Positions 54,240 through 64,000 of a DNA stretch of 64,000 nt are shown piece by piece. Numbering within the stretch: the first letter of the stretch is position 1; every line of letters begins with the position of its first letter. The notes under the pieces were generated by a model. It made no database searches, was not told the DNA's origin, and saw nothing but the letters and a program-made list of their open reading frames with translations. Location: assembly GCA_963793425.1 (NCBI GenBank), contig CAWCAG010000005.1:192001-256000 (forward strand), read 5' to 3'. Position numbers and translations under genes: made by a program. The DNA is from an uncultured cyanobacterium (lineage in GTDB: Bacteria > Cyanobacteriota > Cyanobacteriia > Cyanobacteriales > CAWCAG01).

Positions 54240-55325
54240 ATGAAAATCGATTACGTTCACTTCTACGTTGATGATACTCAGAAGTGGCGAGACTGGTTTA
54301 GCACGAAGATGAATTTTTCTACAGTGGCTAGGGGTTACAACCGTCACGATTGTACAGAAGTAATCGTTAATGGAAACGTTGTCTTTGTCCTCTCTTCTCC
54401 TCTAACTCCTGCTAGTCCTGTAGCAAAATATCTACAGCTACATCCTTGTGGAATAGCTGATATTGCTTTTACTACGAGTAATTTAGCTTCAGCAGTACAG
54501 CAAGCTGTTAACCAAGGTGCAAAAATGTTGGTTGCACCTCAGCGAGAAACTTTTCCCCAAGGAAGTATAAAGTGGTGTCAAATTGCTAGTAAATCTGGTT
54601 TACGCCATACTTTATCGCAACGGGAAGGCATAACTCCAATTTTTCCTGAATTAGGCGTAAAACAAGTCTCTAATGCTAATCTTGCTGAGAGCAACTTTAC
54701 TGGCATAGATCATGTGGTACTTAATGTCGCAGCAGGAAAGTTAGCTGAAACTGTTACTTGGTACAACAAAGCTTTAGGTTTTCAACCACAGCAAAGTTTT
54801 AAAATTAAAACGGCCAATTCGGGTTTATCTTCCCAAGTAATGGTACACCCAGAAAGTGGTACAAAATTTCCCATCAACGAACCTGCTTCTCCTAATTCCC
54901 AAATTCAGGAATTTTTAGATGTAAATAGAGGTGCAGGCATTCAACATATTGCTTTACAAACTCCCCAGATTGTCCTCACCACCGCACAACTGAGAGAAGC
55001 GGGGTTAACTTTCTTACCTGTTCTAGAAAGCTATTATACTCAATTAGCTAAACGCCTCCCTCCTTTGAGCTTAAAAGAGGAAGAATTTGCCGCATTGAAA
55101 GAGCAACAAATTTTGATAGATTGTCAGCAGAAAATTAATTCTCAAACTAGTCAACCTTCACCTTTATTGTTGCAAATTTTCACCCAACCAGTTTTTAATG
55201 AACTTACCTTCTTTTTTGAGTTAATTGAACGTCGGGATCGCGCTGAAGGTTTCGGTGAAGGAAACTTTCGTGCTTTATTTGAAGCAATGGAACAAGAACA
55301 ATTTAAACGAGGGAGTTTGTATTAA
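54240..55325 (+). CDS. hppD: 4-hydroxyphenylpyruvate dioxygenase
   Basis: IDHVVLNV, PINEP, SQIQEFL, GIQHIA, LLQIFT, GFGEGNFRALFEA. Confidence 0.93.
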   Translation: MKIDYVHFYVDDTQKWRDWFSTKMNFSTVARGYNRHDCTEVIVNGNVVFVLSSPLTPASPVAKYLQLHPCGIADIAFTTSNLASAVQQAVNQGAKMLVAPQRETFPQGSIKWCQIASKSGLRHTLSQREGITPIFPELGVKQVSNANLAESNFTGIDHVVLNVAAGKLAETVTWYNKALGFQPQQSFKIKTANSGLSSQVMVHPESGTKFPINEPASPNSQIQEFLDVNRGAGIQHIALQTPQIVLTTAQLREAGLTFLPVLESYYTQLAKRLPPLSLKEEEFAALKEQQILIDCQQKINSQTSQPSPLLLQIFTQPVFNELTFFFELIERRDRAEGFGEGNFRALFEAMEQEQFKRGSLY

Positions 55326-55345
55326 TTGCTAACAACTTAAATCGT

Positions 55346-55516
55346 TCATGAAGCTACAGAAAAATCTGTGTACTGTCTCATTTTTAGCTCATGAAATGCC
55401 AAGACAATATCTTCTTTGGAAACACCTGCATCAACTAAATCATTGGCGATGCCATCTTCAGTCCAATCCTCCTCTATCCAAAATTTACCATCTACAATCC
55501 GAACATAGACTGTCAT
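55346..55516 (-). pseudogene. XisI family protein, C-terminal half only
   Basis: VYVRIVDGKFWIEEDWTEDGIANDLVDAGVSKEDIVLAFH. Confidence 0.8.
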
Positions 55517-55644
55517 AAATGAAGCAACTATTTACACTGCTGAAATGATACTGACTACTGTAGGCAATATTCTAATGCTTATATTCAGACTCCTGTTGTC
55601 AATATGGTAATTGAAAGAGGAGGACGACAAGAAATAATAGATAT

Positions 55645-55937
55645 CTCACGGGGTGACAAGTGCCTCGAAACCTTTTCTATTAAAGGTTCTAGCTCACCGA
55701 TCTTCAAAAAGATTAGAGCTTGTTGACAGGTCTATTGATACCTAAATAGCGCTCACGACCACAGTAGCTTAGTTGCTTACAGTTTATATTACTCAGATGG
55801 TTTCATAATTGCGATCGCAAAGAGATTACCTAATTTTATTGGCAAGCTTGGGTGTCAATAAGTGTCAATTTTCAGAGAGTCAAATAAGCTGAAAGCTTTT
55901 GTAATATTAGCCTTCCAATCCCTTGTCACCCCGTGAG
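55645..55937. mobile_element. non-autonomous 293-bp element with perfect 16-bp terminal IRs (possibly IS4-derived)
   Basis: ctcacggggtgacaag (55645-55660) / cttgtcaccccgtgag (55922-55937). Confidence 0.8.
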
Positions 55938-56063
55938 CATTTTCTTCTCTCTTTAGAGCTTTTTGTAGCTTTTCTTTTTGTTCTGATGTGAGATGATTTT
56001 TGGCTGGCATTTTACGCTGATTTTGATTTTAGATTATACCCTATTTAAAAGCATGACAGCTTA
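55938..56063 (-). mobile_element. IS630-family left end and truncated transposase start
   Basis: Minus strand end TAAGCTGTCATGCTTTTAAAT; ATG at 56010 gives MPAKNHLTSEQKEKLQKALKREEN, cut by the neighbouring MITE. Confidence 0.72.
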
Positions 56064-56253
56064 GTAATCTTCTGATAGTTAATCCACCAGAAGATATCCA
56101 ATCCACTACTGTTCCTCCTAGCATAGAAACTGAGTATTTTATCTGGAAAGATAATCAACTTATACCTATCGAATAAAGTTAATCAAATCACAGGAAAAAT
56201 GATGATTTGATTAACTCTATTCTTTTGTCTCCTATTAACAGGTATTGATTGAC

Positions 56254-56314
56254 GGTGGGCAAGACAAAATAATAAAATCATAACAAAGAATTGCTCCCAA
56301 CTTGCCCACCCTAC
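56254..56314. repeat. GTAG-type REP palindrome
   Basis: ggtgggcaag ... cttgcccacc-ctac. Confidence 0.7.
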
Positions 56315-56352
56315 AAAAGCGATCACTCCGCTAACGCGCAACCAATTTGCCA

Positions 56353-57081
56353 CTAATCCCTAATTGCTTTTAAAACCCCTAATTCTGTTTGCATGGGTAG
56401 AACATCTAAAATATTTTCTTGGGCGCAATATTCTAAATCTGCTCGATTATTTAAACCTAATAAACGCTTGCCGTGGCTGGCAAGTTCAAACATTTTCACT
56501 AAATCATTTTGCCATTGACTATAAAGTGCGATCGCGGCGACAACTTCATCGTTACCAATAATTTCTACATCTTCAGTGTAAAAATCTTTGGCGATCGCCC
56601 CGGCACAAACAGTATCTTCTAAAGAATAACTTCCTTGCCATCCTGAACCCACTAACCAAACCGTTTCTGGTCGTTTCTTCTCTAAGTAGCTGATCACACT
56701 TTGACAGTTAACCAGAGCTGCTGTCACCACTGTAGGAGCCTTTTCTACCCTTTGTAAAGCACGAGTTCCATTAGTCGTAGAAAGGAACAGTCGCTTGCCT
56801 GCCATCAATTCTGCGCTACAGTCTAAAGGAGAGTTTCCTAAGTCGCAACCATCCACCTGTTGCCCCCCTCTTTCCCCCGCCCGTAGTCGCTTTTGGGCAG
56901 GCCAATCAGCACTTTTGGTAAGTAATTCTTCTATGTCTCTAAAGGCTTGTACAGCCTCTGCACCAGCCTCTAAAGCAGTGGCAATGGTAGTGGTTGCCCG
57001 TAATACGTCAATGACAACTGCACAGTCAGGTAAGCTGTCTGTAGGAGTCAATTCTGGGGTGTGATAAACAAATAGCTTCAA
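56353..57081 (-). CDS. comB: 2-phosphosulfolactate phosphatase family protein
   Basis: [34 protein letters not shown]. Confidence 0.9.
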   Translation of the reverse strand: MKLFVYHTPELTPTDSLPDCAVVIDVLRATTTIATALEAGAEAVQAFRDIEELLTKSADWPAQKRLRAGERGGQQVDGCDLGNSPLDCSAELMAGKRLFLSTTNGTRALQRVEKAPTVVTAALVNCQSVISYLEKKRPETVWLVGSGWQGSYSLEDTVCAGAIAKDFYTEDVEIIGNDEVVAAIALYSQWQNDLVKMFELASHGKRLLGLNNRADLEYCAQENILDVLPMQTELGVLKAIRD

Positions 57082-57384
57082 TTTTTTGGCGGGTAGATGT
57101 AGATAGATTGCCGACCACTCATTCTATGACCTGAGTACCACGTTTGTCTACTAAATATTTTGATCAAAGAATATCAGCAAAATACTCCAAGTCTAATAGG
57201 GTATCTCATCGGTAATAACTTGATGGCAAAAAAATTAATTTTCTCGTTTTGCATATATTTTTAGACTTGGCGGAGAAATATTGCTAGTTAGTGCTGTAAA
57301 GGGTGATATTGATGGTAGCCACTCTATCTAGCTAGCTCAATTTTCACAGCAGTACTTTGAGAATAACGAATATAGGAAAGTAAC

Positions 57385-58035
57385 ATGATCAAGAAACTAT
57401 TTCCGCTTTTTGTTTCAGCCTCTATAGTGGCTTTGAGTAGTACGTCAGCTTTGGCTGGCGAGCTTTCATTAATTGGCTCAGAATTAAAATATCGTGCTGA
57501 GTCTCAATTCACTCCAACGGGTCAAATATTTGTAACCTCATTTCCAGCATCTGCAATTGTCAGTGAGTCAGAGGTAGAGTTTCCCGATGTTGAGAGCTTG
57601 TTTGATCCATCAAGTGGTGTTCCTCCAGGGCTTATTGGTTCTTTTGTCAATATGGCAATCGATGTCGGGGCAGATTATATCGAATTTGACTATGCTAATG
57701 CAGGATTTGGTCGGTCTGCAAGTGGGTTTAAGAACAATGATGTGTTTACATTCACAGCACCCATTGCTTTGCAAATTACAGATGCGGTGATAGATGAACG
57801 AACCAACATAGGTTTGACACCTGAGCGGGTTACATTTGTAGGAAACGAATTATCTGTAAATTTTGAAAGCTTGCGATATAATCCCGAATCTTTTGCCCGC
57901 ATCAACTTAACTACCGAGGAAGCTACCAATCCAGATCCAGCTTCTGTTCCCGAACCTAGTACAACCTTTTTCTTGGCTGGTGTCGTCCTGTTTGGCATCG
58001 CTTCTAAACGCTGCCGACGTAATCAAGAAAGCTAA
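57385..58035 (+). CDS. PEP-CTERM sorting-domain surface protein
   Basis: Signal peptide; C-terminal VPEPST, hydrophobic helix and basic tail KRCRR. Confidence 0.88.
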   Translation: MIKKLFPLFVSASIVALSSTSALAGELSLIGSELKYRAESQFTPTGQIFVTSFPASAIVSESEVEFPDVESLFDPSSGVPPGLIGSFVNMAIDVGADYIEFDYANAGFGRSASGFKNNDVFTFTAPIALQITDAVIDERTNIGLTPERVTFVGNELSVNFESLRYNPESFARINLTTEEATNPDPASVPEPSTTFFLAGVVLFGIASKRCRRNQES

Positions 58036-58111
58036 CTTTCACATTAGAACTAGATATGGTCAGAGGTAATAGGCGATGGTATATTACCTATTACCTATTA
58101 CCCATTACTTA

Positions 58112-59740
58112 TTATTCCCACTCAATAGTTCCAGGGGGTTTAGATGTAATATCATAAACCACTCGGTTAACTCCGTTTACCTCATTAACAATACGGTTAG
58201 AGATGGTTTCTAATAACTCATAGGGAACACGCGACCAGTCGGCTGTCATACCGTCTTCGCTAGAAATTAACCGTAGTACTATAGGATGAGCATAGGTACG
58301 CTGATCTCCCATGACTCCTACGCTGCGGACAGGTAATAAGACAGCGAATGCTTGCCAGAAGTCGTGGTACATTCCTTGCTTGCCAATTTCGTCCCGGACA
58401 ATGTAGTCTGCATCCCGAAGAATATTGAGCCTTTCTGATGTCACCTCGCCGATGATCCGAATTGCTAAACCTGGTCCCGGAAAGGGATGGCGGCGAACAA
58501 TCTCTTCCGGCAAGCCAATGGAACGAGCGACTTTGCGTACTTCATCTTTAAAGAGTTTGCGTAGGGGTTCAACTAGCTTAAAACGCAAGTCTTTTGGTAA
58601 ACCCCCAACGTTATGATGGCTTTTGATTTTCACTGCTACCCGCTCTCCCGTTTGTGGATCTACGTTGGTATCAGCAGATTCAATGACATCAGGGTAAAGG
58701 GTTCCTTGGGCTAAGTAATCAAATGGCCCTAAACGCTTAGATTCTTCTTCAAAAACGTTGATAAACTCATGGCCGATACGACGACGTTTTTCTTCTGGAT
58801 CAGTGATACCTTTAACTTTAGCGAGGAATTTGTCTCTTGCATTGATGTATTCTACAGAGATGTGAAAACGTTTAGCGAAGAGATTCATTAACCTTTCTGG
58901 TTCACCTTTACGCATGAAGCCCTGATCAATGAACATACAAGTTAGTTGATCACCAATGGCACGGTGTAGTAGAAAGGCGAGGGTGGAAGAGTCTACACCT
59001 CCAGAAAGGGCTAGTAGTACTCGTTTTTTCCCTACCTTGCCACGAATTTCCCGAATAGATTCAGTGACAAAGGTTTCTGTTGTCCAAGTTGGTTCACACT
59101 TACAAACATCGTAAACAAAGTTGCGGATTAGTTCCATGCCGCCGATGGAGTGGACAACTTCTGGGTGAAACTGAACACCGTAAAATTTCTTTTCGTGGTT
59201 GGCGATCGCTGCACAACGGGTATTCTCTGTATGTGCCAGAATTTCAAAGCCTGGGGGTAATAAGCTGCAAGAATCTCCATGACTCATCCACATAGTTGAG
59301 CCGTTTTTGATTTTTTGTAAGGTTATGTTAGGGTTGTCGATGATGAGGGAAGCTTTGCCATATTCCGCCCGTTGCGCGCGTTCAACTTTCCCCCCTAATT
59401 GCCTAACCATAAGCTGCATTCCATAGCAAACTCCCATGACGGGAACTCCTAATTCCCAAATTTGGGGATCACATTGAGGAGCGCCTTTGTCATAAACTGA
59501 GTTCGGACCACCGGACAAAATAATCCCCGACGGGTTAAGCTGTTTAAGCTGTTCGGCGGTGGTACGATAGGAAAGTACTTCAGAGTAGACTTGAGTTTCG
59601 CGAATGCGACGAGCAATTAGTTCTGAATATTGAGAGCCAAAGTCGAGAATGATGACGATTTGGCGATTGAGACTTGTTTGTCTAGCAATTTTAGGTAAAG
59701 TCTCTACTGGTGGATGCACTTGTTGAGTTGAAATAGTCAC
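58112..59740 (-). CDS. guaA: GMP synthase (glutamine-hydrolysing)
   Basis: [41 protein letters not shown]. Confidence 0.97.
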   Translation of the reverse strand: MTISTQQVHPPVETLPKIARQTSLNRQIVIILDFGSQYSELIARRIRETQVYSEVLSYRTTAEQLKQLNPSGIILSGGPNSVYDKGAPQCDPQIWELGVPVMGVCYGMQLMVRQLGGKVERAQRAEYGKASLIIDNPNITLQKIKNGSTMWMSHGDSCSLLPPGFEILAHTENTRCAAIANHEKKFYGVQFHPEVVHSIGGMELIRNFVYDVCKCEPTWTTETFVTESIREIRGKVGKKRVLLALSGGVDSSTLAFLLHRAIGDQLTCMFIDQGFMRKGEPERLMNLFAKRFHISVEYINARDKFLAKVKGITDPEEKRRRIGHEFINVFEEESKRLGPFDYLAQGTLYPDVIESADTNVDPQTGERVAVKIKSHHNVGGLPKDLRFKLVEPLRKLFKDEVRKVARSIGLPEEIVRRHPFPGPGLAIRIIGEVTSERLNILRDADYIVRDEIGKQGMYHDFWQAFAVLLPVRSVGVMGDQRTYAHPIVLRLISSEDGMTADWSRVPYELLETISNRIVNEVNGVNRVVYDITSKPPGTIEWE

Positions 59741-59890
59741 TGGAGTCCTGATGAATGTAGATGTGAATGTGAATGTAGATGTGAATGAGAAACAGAGCCG
59801 CTACTACTTTGGGTAGAGGCGACGCTCCTAATTGCAGAGTGATATCTGCTTTCAGAGGCTTGTTATTCTGGCAAGTAATTGAAAAAAATT

Positions 59891-61033
59891 TTATATATTC
59901 GGTACACAATAGCACATTTCTTTTAAGATTGCCGTACCCAAAGAACTTTTTATGATAATTTTTCTTTCTCTGTTAAATAATACCGAGCCAACTTCAACTG
60001 TTCGGTCGCTATGTTTGCGGATATAGCCTTGGGAACGCAGATCAATAGTAGCGGCGATCGCACCATAAACTATCTCTACCCAATTACTCTTATCCCTAGT
60101 ATCTAATTTTTGTAAATATTGTAATCCGGCTTCGATGGTGGCAAGGTCAAATATTTTTTGTAAATCTGCTGTTGCTAAACCGGCTTTGGCACAGTGGGCA
60201 GTAAAAATTTCCTGCCTGCCATCGGCGAGGTGATGGTGGGTATGAAAAATCCCTCCTGCTAGCTTAATTAGCTTGCCATGATAACCAAAAAGGAGCAGAG
60301 ACTTAACTCCTTGTAGAGCGGCTTCTACGAGCATTGGCCCCAACCAATTAGCTGTCTTTACTAATTGTCCCTCTTGCAAACCCAATTTTCTGGCTAAATC
60401 TAAACCATTTTCCCCTAAACAGAAGACTAAGCTCTCAAACTGACTAGCTTTTGTGGCTAATTCCTGGCGATAAATCTCTAGTTGTCCAGGGGCGCTTAGG
60501 GGTTGAGAAATACCAGTAGTACCTAACAGAGAAAGCCCTTCCACCACCCCAAAAGCTGCATTAGATGTTCTTTGGGCTAATTTACGTCCTTCCGGAAGAA
60601 TGAGCGTTACCTCAATCAATTCTCCTGGCTGACATAAGGGCTGTAAATTACTTTCAAATAGCCTTTTGGCATAACCATAAATAGCGGCCCTTCCTTGGGC
60701 TTGCAACTGGCGACCAATTCCTTCTCCGCCCTTAATGACAACTTGCTGTTGCCCCTTTCCTTGTAGCGGTTTAACTTCCACCACTGCCCATAAAGGAGTA
60801 TGGCGAGTTAAATCCAGATTGTCTCCAGGGTCACTACGGGTAATAGCAAGAGCTTTGTTTGCCCCCAACTTAGCAGCTTGTTCTATGGGGATTTCTACTT
60901 CAATAGCCGGTTCGAGCAAATCCAGAGTAACACTCTCCCCTACTTCTGCTTCTCGCCAACAGCGCAAAGCTGCTAGGGCGGCAGCACAAGCGAAGACTGG
61001 TAAAGTATATCCCGAAAGAGGCTGATTGTTCAT
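59891..61033 (-). CDS. cbiD: cobalt-precorrin-5B C1-methyltransferase
   Basis: SGYTLPVFA, SDPGDNLDLT, RTSNAAFGVVEGLSLLGT, GKLIKLAGGIFHTH. Confidence 0.92.
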   Translation of the reverse strand: MNNQPLSGYTLPVFACAAALAALRCWREAEVGESVTLDLLEPAIEVEIPIEQAAKLGANKALAITRSDPGDNLDLTRHTPLWAVVEVKPLQGKGQQQVVIKGGEGIGRQLQAQGRAAIYGYAKRLFESNLQPLCQPGELIEVTLILPEGRKLAQRTSNAAFGVVEGLSLLGTTGISQPLSAPGQLEIYRQELATKASQFESLVFCLGENGLDLARKLGLQEGQLVKTANWLGPMLVEAALQGVKSLLLFGYHGKLIKLAGGIFHTHHHLADGRQEIFTAHCAKAGLATADLQKIFDLATIEAGLQYLQKLDTRDKSNWVEIVYGAIAATIDLRSQGYIRKHSDRTVEVGSVLFNRERKIIIKSSLGTAILKEMCYCVPNI

Positions 61034-61317
61034 GAAAAAGAAAAAAAGATGATTAGTTTTGGCCAGGCTTTAGGATATAGGATATGTATATGTAACGGTA
61101 CTGAATCTACAAATAATGTCATAAGCACCCTTATATCTAAAAAAGGGTTTATCAGCAAGCAAAATCAGGGGTGTATTGCTATCTATATGTAATTTACTGA
61201 TTTTATGTCAGCGATCGCGCCTATGCTTATTTTTTACTGTAATCTCGGCACAAAAAAGTTAGTTGAATACTTGAGTTTACCAACTAAACCTTTTCTGTCA
61301 AGTTGGGAGGTAAAGTT

Positions 61318-62568
61318 ATGAATAAACCTGTAATCATTTGTGTTGATGATGAAAGAGTTGTTTTGATTAGCCTCCGAGATCAACTGATTCAACAGCTTGG
61401 CAATAAATATGAAATAGAATTAGCTGAGGGCGGGGAAGAAGCTTTAGAGATTCTGGAAGAATTAACTGAAGAAGGGTTTGAAGTTCCTTTAATTATTTCC
61501 GATCAAATTATGCCGGGAATGAAAGGAGACGAATTACTCATAGAAATTAACGAGCAATACCCCAGAACCCTGAAAATAATGTTAACAGGTCAAGCTAGCG
61601 TTGATGCGGTGGGCAAGGCTGTTAACTTAGCTAATCTTTACCGCTATTTGGCTAAACCTTGGCAAGTAGAAGATTTGGGGTTTACTGTTCAAGAAGCCCT
61701 AAATAGTTATTTCCAAAATAAGAAGCTGGCAGAACAAAATACTCAACTTTTAGAACTCAACCAAGCCTTATCTCGCTTTGTTCCTAACCAATTCCTCAAA
61801 CTATTAGATAAAGATAGCATCATCGATATTCAACTAGGTAATTCAGTACAAAAAGAAATGTCGATTCTTTTTGCAGATATTCGTAACTTTACTACCTTGT
61901 CTGAAACTATGACACCGGAAGATAACTTTAAGTTTATTAATGGTTATCTTTCCCGGATGGAACCAGCAATTATTGATAATAACGGTTTCATTGATAAGTA
62001 CATTGGTGATGCCATAATGGCCTTATTTGGGGGCAACGCGGATGATGCTTTGCAAGCAGGAATTGCTATGTTAAAAAGTCTCCACAAGTATAATAAAACT
62101 CGTCATAGTCCTAATCGAGAACCACTAAAAATTGGCATTGGTATTAATACAGGACAGTTAATGTTAGGTACAATTGGCGCGAGTTCACGTATTGATAGTA
62201 CGGTAATTAGTGATGCTGTCAATTTAGCTTCTCGTTTAGAAGGCTTAACTAAGCGTTACGGAGTTTCTTTTTTAATTACGCAACAAACTTTTTCTTTACT
62301 CAAAAATCGCCATGAGTATGCAATTCGCTTTATTGATAAAGTTAAAGTTAAAGGAAAGTCAGAATTAGTAACAATTTACGAGGTTTTTGAAACAGATGAA
62401 GCCGAAATCAAGGAGAATAAAAAAGCAACAGGGTCTTTATTTGAACAAGCTTGGTTACTTTATAATCAACAATCTTTTCAGAAAGCAAAACGGCTTTTCA
62501 GCGCTTGTTTAGAAACAAGCCCTCAAGATAAAGTAGCTCAATTTTATTTTAATAGCTGTTCTTCCTAA
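61318..62568 (+). CDS. response-regulator receiver plus class III adenylate cyclase
   Basis: CVDDE, ISDQIMP, LTG, KPW; LFADIRNFT, DKYIGDAIM, DAVNLASRLE. Confidence 0.9.
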   Translation: MNKPVIICVDDERVVLISLRDQLIQQLGNKYEIELAEGGEEALEILEELTEEGFEVPLIISDQIMPGMKGDELLIEINEQYPRTLKIMLTGQASVDAVGKAVNLANLYRYLAKPWQVEDLGFTVQEALNSYFQNKKLAEQNTQLLELNQALSRFVPNQFLKLLDKDSIIDIQLGNSVQKEMSILFADIRNFTTLSETMTPEDNFKFINGYLSRMEPAIIDNNGFIDKYIGDAIMALFGGNADDALQAGIAMLKSLHKYNKTRHSPNREPLKIGIGINTGQLMLGTIGASSRIDSTVISDAVNLASRLEGLTKRYGVSFLITQQTFSLLKNRHEYAIRFIDKVKVKGKSELVTIYEVFETDEAEIKENKKATGSLFEQAWLLYNQQSFQKAKRLFSACLETSPQDKVAQFYFNSCSS

Positions 62569-62659
62569 GTAGCTTTTCAATGTAGATAAAAGCTACTCAT
62601 AATTTAACTCAAAAATATATCTAAATATTTCACCTTATAATGCTTCTGTCTCTACACCA

Positions 62660-64000
62660 ATGGCACACCTCAACTCTTTGTTAACCGCTATATCAAGAAA
62701 AACTCCCCTACGAACAGTTTTAATTGTTCCCTTTGTGGTACAAATTTTCGCAGCAGTTGGATTGGTAGGTTATCTTTCCTTCCGTAATGGGCAGCGAGCT
62801 GTTGCTGATTTGGTAAATCAGTTAACCGAAGAAACTAGCGCCCGCATTGAACAGCACGTTGTCAATTATCTCAACAAATCTCAAGATACCTTGTGGCTCA
62901 ATCAGGGCGCGGTTCAAAGTGGTAACTTAGACCTCAATGATTTTGATAAATTACGGCGTTATTTCTGGCAAGTAGTTCATGAAGGGGACTATGAGGGATA
63001 TCTTTCTTATGGTAACGAACAAGGAGAATTTGTTGGTGTTGAGTATCGCGAAGATGCCACGGTTCAGCTTAAAATCAGAACTAGTACCATTACTCCCCAG
63101 CGAGAAACCTATTTATTAGATGAGGAGGGAGAGCCTCAAGAGCTATTAGAAGCTTCTGAATATGACCCCCGTACTCGCCCCTGGTACAATGCCGCTAAGG
63201 AGGAAGGAGAGGCTACATGGAGTGAAATTTATCCCTTCTTTTCTAGCAAAAATACCATCCTAGGAATTTCACCTGTCTATCCCCTTTATGATGAGCAGGG
63301 TAAGCTGCTGGGGGTTTTATGTATTAATGTTAGATTAACTCGAATCACAGATTTTATCAATCATTTGTCCATTAGCCCCAATGGACAAAGCTTTATCATG
63401 GAGAGGTCAGGGAATTTAGTTGCCGGTTCAGAAATCCCCCAACCCTTCAAAATAATCGGTGACGAGGAAGATAAAGAAATTGAGAGAATTTCAGCCGCCC
63501 AAAGTGACAACGCTGTTGTTAAGGCGACTGCCCAACATCTACTTGAACGCTTTGGTGGCTTCCAGGATATTCAGAAAAGTGAAAAACTCAAATTTCAAGT
63601 GGACGGAGCCTGGTATTATGCTCAGGTGCTACCAATTCAAGATGGGCGTGGCATTGACTGGTTAACCGTTGTAGTTGTGCCAGAGCAAGATTTTATGGAG
63701 GAAATCAATAAAAATGCCCGTACAACCATCTTCTTATGTTTAGCAGCTTTAGTTATAGCAACTCTAATTGGCATTGCTACCTCTCGCTGGGTTATTGGGC
63801 CTATTTTACGTCTCAATGCTTCTGCTAAGGCTATTGCTCAAGGAGAGTGGCAGCAAACTCCTGTTAGTAAAAGGTCTGATGAGTTGGGGGAACTAGCTAC
63901 TTCGTTTAATAGTATGGCCCAACAACTGCAAACTTCCTTTGCTACCTTAGAAAGCAAAAACCAAGCATTACAAAAATTCGACAAACTCAAAGACGAATTT
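62660..64000 (+). CDS. Cache-HAMP sensor histidine kinase, 3' end outside window
   Basis: Not in ORF track; frame from ATG 62660 (LIVPFVVQI TM, YDPRTRPWY Cache, second TM, DELGELATSFNSMA HAMP) to KLKDEF at the HisKA start. Confidence 0.88.
   Translation, partial: MAHLNSLLTAISRKTPLRTVLIVPFVVQIFAAVGLVGYLSFRNGQRAVADLVNQLTEETSARIEQHVVNYLNKSQDTLWLNQGAVQSGNLDLNDFDKLRRYFWQVVHEGDYEGYLSYGNEQGEFVGVEYREDATVQLKIRTSTITPQRETYLLDEEGEPQELLEASEYDPRTRPWYNAAKEEGEATWSEIYPFFSSKNTILGISPVYPLYDEQGKLLGVLCINVRLTRITDFINHLSISPNGQSFIMERSGNLVAGSEIPQPFKIIGDEEDKEIERISAAQSDNAVVKATAQHLLERFGGFQDIQKSEKLKFQVDGAWYYAQVLPIQDGRGIDWLTVVVVPEQDFMEEINKNARTTIFLCLAALVIATLIGIATSRWVIGPILRLNASAKAIAQGEWQQTPVSKRSDELGELATSFNSMAQQLQTSFATLESKNQALQKFDKLKDEF

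Noticed and set aside
59691..59915. ORF with IHIYIHIH tract / hexamer repeat upstream of guaA as a leader peptide or riboswitch
   Set aside because: Explained by a short degenerate atgtga/atgtag repeat; overlaps both neighbours; no purine riboswitch consensus seen.

Overview
AT-rich cyanobacterial chromosome segment. Markers: frequent HIP1 octamers GCGATCGC, heptamer STRR-type repeats, ndhF1-ndhD1, trxC, sigF, rbcR, tocopherol cyclase and the sRNA Yfr1. Most of the window is housekeeping and signalling genes (Ser/Thr kinases, two class III nucleotide cyclases, two partial histidine kinases, a Co/Ni ECF operon, ugd/uxs, guaA, cbiD). The outstanding region is ~36.3-46.8 kb, which reads as a polymorphic toxin locus built on a DUF4157 (eCIS-core, HExxH) protein. 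It starts with a ~1,900-codon carrier gene (four frameshifts as assembled) carrying 11-residue periodic repeats, a hydrophobic pre-toxin segment and an unrecognised C-terminal tip, followed by a coupled putative immunity gene. Two startless orphan cassettes follow: one has lost its toxin but kept the immunity gene, the other encodes a YwqJ-like deaminase plus a MORN/YwqK-like immunity protein. The two intact tips are preceded by the same 16-residue motif GHxxKxxxxGxxxRxS, and the array is bracketed by two paralogous ~70-aa ORFs. Also notable: a ZIP transporter with an inserted cNMP-binding domain, a probable pseudokinase, nested IS/MITE debris and REP-containing miniature elements. All family calls come from motif recognition by eye; no database searches were run.
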